DNA of 14,561 bases, from contig NW_021825696.1 in NCBI RefSeq assembly GCF_006345805.1, forward strand, positions 1 through 14,561. Reading direction: 5' to 3'. This DNA is from Octopus sinensis. Its lineage: Eukaryota. The notes under the pieces were generated by a model. That model saw only the letters and a program-made list of their open reading frames with translations. It had not been told where the DNA came from and did no database searches. Position 1 is the first letter of the stretch, and every line of letters starts with the position of its first letter. A program made the position numbers and the translations under genes. Positions 9,296 to 14,561 of the stretch are shown in pieces.

Positions 9296-9990
9296 TAAAA
9301 CACCAAGACCGCGCTAAAATCTGAACGCAAGTCAAGTGATCCCGATGCACTCAACCATGAACCTCATTCTCGCTCGTTGATCTTTCTACGGGCCCAAACA
9401 GAACACACCAGGGGCTAGCTACTTTCGCTTCGGCATTGGCAAAAAAACTGGAGTTCTGTTTAATCAGGTCCTCCAGAGGCGTTTGTTACCGTGCGATCAA
9501 CGTTTGGTTAATCTGTGAGCCCTTTGTTGGGTCTCGTCGATTCGGCCTGTTTTTAACGTTAAATAACTTATTAATAATATATTATCCAGATAATATTGAT
9601 TCCAGCTTCCTTCTCTTTACTTATGATTCGCCTCTTTTTGCCAGACTAATGGGCCGGAATACAGGGTCCTTGTGCTCGACAGGTTCCACTATTCCGTCTC
9701 ATGTGAGAATCAATGGTACGACGCCCATTTTTGCATTGTGGATTAATTTCAATTCGCCTGCCAAGAGATCGTATTTATCTAATTTCTTAACTTTCACAGC
9801 TTCAAAGATTGTTGAGAAGTAATCCAAACTTGGATGTGCGTAATGATGTTCCGAACCTTGTCGTAGAAAAACATGTAGGGTTTATTATTACGGACCCTAG
9901 TATCCCAGACAGCAGACTTATTAAAGTCCTCGCGAATGGACACTTGTCAATAAACACATAACTCACGACATAACTGTGATCTCCTGCTTT
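9296..9990 (-). mobile_element. R4/Dong-like LINE, RLE domain and 3' end, decayed
   Basis: Minus frames: VWDTRVRNNKPYMFFYDKVRNIITHIQVWITSQ (decayed NKPD...IEVGITSQ) and VKKLDKYDLLAGELKLIH...VVPLILT*DGIV (KxxKY and TWDG motifs). The 3' terminus is homologous to 2285-2428. Confidence 0.8.
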
Positions 9991-10029
9991 AACAGTCTCA
10001 CCAAGTCATTCAAAAACTGGAAATAAGAG

Positions 10030-10790
10030 GCAGTCCTTTCCCCCGTCCAGCCTCGCAAACAACCTCTCGAACTTTTCTACATCAGACTGCACCATCCCGC
10101 TGCCTCTGCCCTCACAGTCCTGTTCTTTCCAACTCAATATGTCACTCTTGAGGTACAATGCCTCGACATAGGCCAACAACATGTGCTCTCCGAGTCTCTC
10201 AAGGAAGGATTGGGGCCACATAGCTTGATGTAGTCTGCCAGTCGTCCTCGATGATGACAAAAATGATGTCCGTGACACTATTCAGTCAATCCACACCATT
10301 TGTCAGTGCACAACTCGAACAGTACCTGCATACTGTCTATTAGCTCATCCACTACCACACACTCGACAGGCACAAACAGCCACTCTCGAAGATTATCTTC
10401 TTGTCGAGTCCACTAATGAGCCTCCCGACGGCGACGGACATGTTCAAGCGATTATTAGAGTTGGCAATCCATGTTGAGGGACCACGACACCATGTAGTGG
10501 GTGAAGAGGGAAGGGACACTCCTCGATTAGACACTCATGTTCTTGGATTAGACATGTAACCTCGTCTACAATATATTTCATGAAATGAGGGAATCGAAGG
10601 ACACTTCCATTGCCCTTTGGAGGGAAAGATACCCCTACTTGACTTATCACTTTCAACTACAATTTCCCGTATACAGATAAGTCAAAAATTTATCAACCGA
10701 AGTCGTATCGGGTTCTGTCCTCGAATGACACTAAGAGTCAGGCGACTGAACGGAGTGGGCCTTCAACTTCCTAGACTATTTTATTTCATA
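10030..10790 (-). pseudogene. EXOC3: Exocyst subunit Sec6/EXOC3-like C-terminal fragment, frameshifted
   Basis: Colinear motifs across frames against human EXOC3 as I recall it: RTEPD (ETEPE), LKVISQV (LQVAAQI), WIANSNN (MIAIINN), ELCTDKW at 10296-10316 (ELMTKKW), DIIFVIIEDD at 10241-10270 (DIICVTVEDY), DYIKL (DFAKI), LLAYVEAL (VVEYLRAV), EKFERLFARL (EQLRFLFRKL). Confidence 0.68.
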
Positions 10791-10829
10791 TTGTCGGCAG
10801 ATGTGCAAGTGAATGCACCTTACTACCTC

Positions 10830-11350
10830 ATTTTGGAAACGCATTTCCGAGCAAACACTTTTAAGTCGTCCATGAATAACAAGTGGTTTGTTAAGTATAC
10901 CTGAACGCTATGCCTGAATTGTCCACTAGCATATTTGGAAATTTCGTATTCAATACTTCTACTCAGGGAGTCCAAACACAAGCATAAAGATTTTTGGAGA
11001 TAAAGAATCACCCTGCAAAATCCCCTTTCATTCAGCCAACAGGGTCAAAACCCTTTTTACATCAATCCACGCAGAAGAAAGGTTATTCGCATTTTGTTAA
11101 TGGATACATTGATTGAACAATCCTGCTGTTTGACTCCTGGGCACATTCTTTTCATTCCCATTTGATTGTCGAAGATCAAATTGTATGCTTCAATTAGTCC
11201 CTCAATTGATTGCCTTTAAAGTCGGAGTCCACAATTCACGCAACATTAATTTCACTTGTACAATTTGGGAATTAAAGTCAATTGAGCAATTTATAAAAAG
11301 GGGGATTTCCGTTTTGGGAGACATATTTTCTGTTTATGACAGGCCAGGCA
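10830..11350 (-). mobile_element. R4/Dong-like LINE, reverse transcriptase part, decayed with an internal deletion
   Basis: CLPK...LIPKLYK...DNQMG, SAWIDVK (about 11055-11072), GILQGDSLSP (about 10995-11025), CLDSLSR, TNHLLFMDDLKVFA (about 10851-10892). The HLLFMDD variant is typical of R4-type RTs. Confidence 0.88.
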
Positions 11351-11994
11351 GAAATGAGTCCTCCTTCACTCTACTCCTGACTAGTGTCTTCACGTTCAGT
11401 ATTTACTTTGTAGTTTGAAACCTTTCATTGAAAGCCTGTGTTATATTAGCACAGTCAAGAGATATTCATCCAAATCTTTATCGGGTGGAGTGTACTATTT
11501 TTGTACCCCATTGTATCTTTCAGCATGTGTGAATTTTCGAGCCACTTCATCTACGTTCTCATTAGCTTTTCTTTTTAATTTATTCGTAGGTAGGCCATTA
11601 GGTAGAGTTTCACAGAGCTCAATCGAAATAAACATGCACGTATCACAAGAATTAAATATCTACAAAAACTATTTTAAAGGTATGATTTTAGATAAAAATC
11701 AATTTAACTGTTAAAGCCTTTACTAAAAGCAACTCCTGCTGGATCATTTGTGTCGCTTTTTCTTAAAATTATTTTTTCCTGAACTTAATAGAATGAGATG
11801 AAATTTATTGTAAATCTGTTTTAAAAACTCTGTACTATCGTTAGGACCAATTGATTTTGCAGCCTTGAAAACTGTTTGCCAGGCACATTCTGGCAATCGG
11901 CTTAGTGCTATTTCGTTGGCCTTTACTGATCTTTCTTGAATGACGAATCCACCTGGATCGGAATTTTTATCCTTCTAGGTGTTAAAATGTGCCT

Positions 11995-12400
11995 GCCTCA
12001 TGCTTGTTGATTCTAAAAAACTTCATTCTCTCGTACAGACTAATTGCGGGTAGATTTCTCACTGGGTCGGACGAAATTGTCAGGAGAACACTAAACTCAG
12101 CAGGATTGCGTTCTATACTAGACCTTGTGAGTCTCGATCGCGCAGACGGGAAACAGGTTTAGGCTCTTTTCTTTGGAACGGAGAGATATCTCGTCTGTGA
12201 TGTCACTTATGTGAACTATTTCAAAAAATCTAATCCAGTTAACTCTGTCTGTTTCTTGGAACGCTTACTTAAAAGTGCCGAGAGAAGTCGAAAAGTGCGA
12301 AAGATCAGCAATTAATGAATACGTTTGATTGACACGCGTTGTGGTAAAGACCAACGGCATTATTCTCTTCAAAAAAGTACGTGCAACCACAAAAAGACCA
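11995..12400 (+). mobile_element. Fourth, most decayed CRE-like knuckle/RLE fragment
   Basis: VDSKKLHSL / SYRLIAGRF...EIVRRTLNSAGLRSILDLVSLDRADGKQV*...RYLVCDVTYVNYF...KSAERSRK, colinear with the motifs of the copies at 170-1055 and 4684-5250. Confidence 0.75.
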
Positions 12401-13059
12401 GCTGGTTTTTTCAGCATATTTTTTGTCAATTATAAGAGCAAATCTTAATACAATCCTCGCTCTTTTTTCAATTAATTTAAAAAATTAAGTTAAAAAAACA
12501 TTAAATGTTTGAATACCTTTAATTTTTAAACACTTCACTGTGAAATTGGATTCCAAATCTAATTCTCATTTTGTATATTGCCATTTTATTTTCAATAATT
12601 GATATTTTTCACTGTAAGGGGTATTTTTCTTGATCTCTTTTTGCCGCTTTCTTCTTTTGCCATTTTAAAGACAATTCTAGCCCAAAAGAAGTTGCCGTAA
12701 AAGTTTTTCCAAAAAATGACTCAATTTAGCGAGTCACTCTCCCTATTTATAATTTTGCTCTCAATTGTATTTTACAATTTGATTTCTTTAGTTCCTTAAT
12801 AGTCCCTTCTACTAACTCAACTGGCCAGGCAAAAAGATTTCTCAACCGTCCTAGAGAAATTCATCTGAGCATTAAATAAGTAGACTCAAGCAGAGGCACA
12901 AAATATTCTGGCTCAGCATTGTAATCCGTAAAAAATAATTGTCACGGCTTGGATAATCCTCCTTTAAATAACTTATTAAAATCAAATGAAAATAGCCTGA
13001 TACTAAAATTAGATCAAATTATTTTATTTTCATCAATTTTTTGTTTAATAAATTATAAA

Positions 13060-13225
13060 AAGTCGGCGAAACCAAATCACAGATTCTTCCAAATCAATAA
13101 TTTTCTATATTGACACCAAACTTCTAATTTTGATCAAATTTATTGAACTAAAAATTAACAAGTACAAAGTAGAAAATTTTATAAAGCTGATGAAGCTGAC
13201 ATTTTCTACAAATTTGTTATTGCAA
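13060..13225 (+). mobile_element. pogo/Tigger DDE-domain scrap
   Basis: VGETKS, then INKYKVENF with a frameshift to YKADEADIFYK, resembling the GE..S / Y..ENIFNADETGLFYK motifs. Confidence 0.5.
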
Positions 13226-13580
13226 AATGTGTCCGCCAAGAATTCGATCAAAGCGTATTTTCTGCGTTTAGAGAGAACAGAGATTTATGTCAAGAGTCAC
13301 CTTCTGACTTCTGTTGAAAGCTGGTTGCTGGCTGTACCAGAGGATATCGACAGCAATCTTGTGAGGTAACTCGCTTGCAATCCGCGGTGCGGCCACTGGC
13401 GAATCCTGACTTTCAAATTATCAGCTACGACAATTAATTTTAAAATTAACACTTTCTGACAATCGAAATGATGCTGAAAACTAAGACACCAATTACGTCA
13501 ATAATATCGAGATATTCTTAAGTATTTATTTTAAGTATTAAATTTTAGATTCTAATTGTTATCGATTAAATTTTGAAATA

Positions 13581-14124
13581 CACTCCATGTAATAAAAAAC
13601 CGGATTTTCGAATGCTTAATTTTTTGATATTCTGTTTTAATTTTAGACTTTTTTTAATTATAATGATAATCTTCGTAACTTTTCTTTTTATAATTTTTCA
13701 ATAATCTTTTTGTACAGCTAAACTGACTATATTAAATTTTTTCCGTGTAAAAAAAACCGGATTAGAAAAACTTATTCAGAAAATCATTGAGAGTCGAAGT
13801 TGGAATATTCAGCTCCTCAACAATCTTCTTTGTGTTCAATTTAATTGAATGAGGGCTAGAATCTTTCCTTTAGTGATTTTATCAAGCATTTTTTTCAAAT
13901 ACCTAAAAATTGGCTTAGCAACAGACTAATCAAAAAAAATCCGGTTTTTAATACACGCTAAGATTTTATCAAGATCAATTATTCAAATATACATTATAAT
14001 TTTAAAATAGTAAAAGATACAACAAACGATTGCTGAAAAGTAATTTAAAATTGATATACATTTAAAAAAAATACTAGTAAAAACATGCACAACTTGAAAA
14101 TCCGGTTTTTTATTACATGGAGTG
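13581..14124 (-). mobile_element. Non-autonomous Tc1/mariner element (544 bp) of IR/DR type with a transposase N-terminal remnant
   Basis: Perfect 29-bp TIRs cactccatgtaataaaaaaccggattttc (13581-13609) and its reverse complement (14096-14124). TA on both sides (13579-13580, 14125-14126). Inner copies of the TIR core at 13744-13763 and 13938-13957. Minus 13889 to about 13763 reads MLDKITKGKILALIQLN*TQR / IVEELNIPTSTLNDFLNKF (Tc1-type HTH). Confidence 0.94.
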
Positions 14125-14561
14125 TATGCAATGGTTAAAGATGCAACTATCAAAAATCTCAATTCATTCCGATAATGAAAAAAAGTTTAATGGTTGAGTT
14201 ATGTGCATTTCTCAAACCCCGTAAAAGTACGTCTATAAAATTCTTTCATCTTGCCCATTTTCTTAATTAAAAAATGGTATGGTGTGTGTCTGTCTGTGCA
14301 ACATCAAATTAGCAAACTACAGATAAATTATCAAAATCCTTTCCCCTTATAATTTCCAATAATGGGGAACAAGCCAAAAATGACGAGGTCCTCCAAAAAT
14401 ATTCTCAAGAATATCTTCAACGATGAGGTCCTTAAAACTTTCCCGCCAAGAAAACGACAAAATATTTTATTTTGCTTAAATTGAACAAAAATGTCCTCTA
14501 CTCACATGATAAAGTACTTTAAACCTTCCCGCAAAAAAATAACAAAAAGTATTTTAAACAT

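Noticed and set aside
12520-12664. Tigger-like N-terminal HTH (MAKEESGKKRSRKIPLTV...KISIIE)
   Set aside because: It needs frameshifts, and an alternative frame runs through the same region. The match is too weak to call.
13230-13420. Possible CRE-type RT N-terminal relic (KLVAG/VPEDI...VRPLA)
   Set aside because: Only a few residues match across several frames; not supportable without a profile search.
9690-13840. TGA read as tryptophan (LT*DGIV in the R4 RLE; LN*TQR in the Tc1 stub)
   Set aside because: Both are in decayed elements where TGG to TGA is a single common change. TGG-encoded Trp is abundant and clean host exons show no in-frame TGA.
14262-14300. Helitron-like 5' end (tcttaattaaaaaatggtatggtgtgtgtctgtctgtg)
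   Set aside because: No A|T insertion context and no 3' hairpin-CTRR end visible in the window.
14380-14435. Hammerhead or HDV-like ribozyme near the gatgag motifs (also checked in the R4 3' ends)
   Set aside because: The CUGANGA/GAAA core and the required stems are absent.

Overview
This is AT-rich eukaryotic nuclear DNA with no intact gene: decayed transposons interleaved with three broken host-gene remnants. The remnants are an MCM7 AAA+ core fragment (minus, about 2985-3468), a long FHAD1-like FHA/coiled-coil gene (plus, 5265 to about 9200) and a Sec6/EXOC3-like C-terminal fragment (minus, about 10030-10790). MCM7 and FHAD1 carry many GT-AG introns of only 22-28 nt and read in the standard code. 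A ciliated, tiny-intron metazoan such as a dicyemid is my best guess for the source (inference only). Mobile DNA includes four fragments of CRE-like non-LTR retrotransposons encoding a restriction-like endonuclease (RLE). One has a poly(A) tail and an 11-bp target-site duplication (TSD), and carries in its 3' UTR a hAT/Buster deletion derivative with perfect 15-bp terminal inverted repeats (TIRs), an 8-bp TSD and a left end amplified into a 4 x 127-bp array. There is also an R4/Dong-like LINE whose RT and RLE halves are separated by the Sec6-like fragment, a second R4-like 3' end with a (TAAA)n tail, an APE-type LINE RT remnant, two pogo/Tigger scraps and a 544-bp Tc1-like IR/DR element with a TA TSD. 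All protein identifications come from motif recognition by eye, not database searches.
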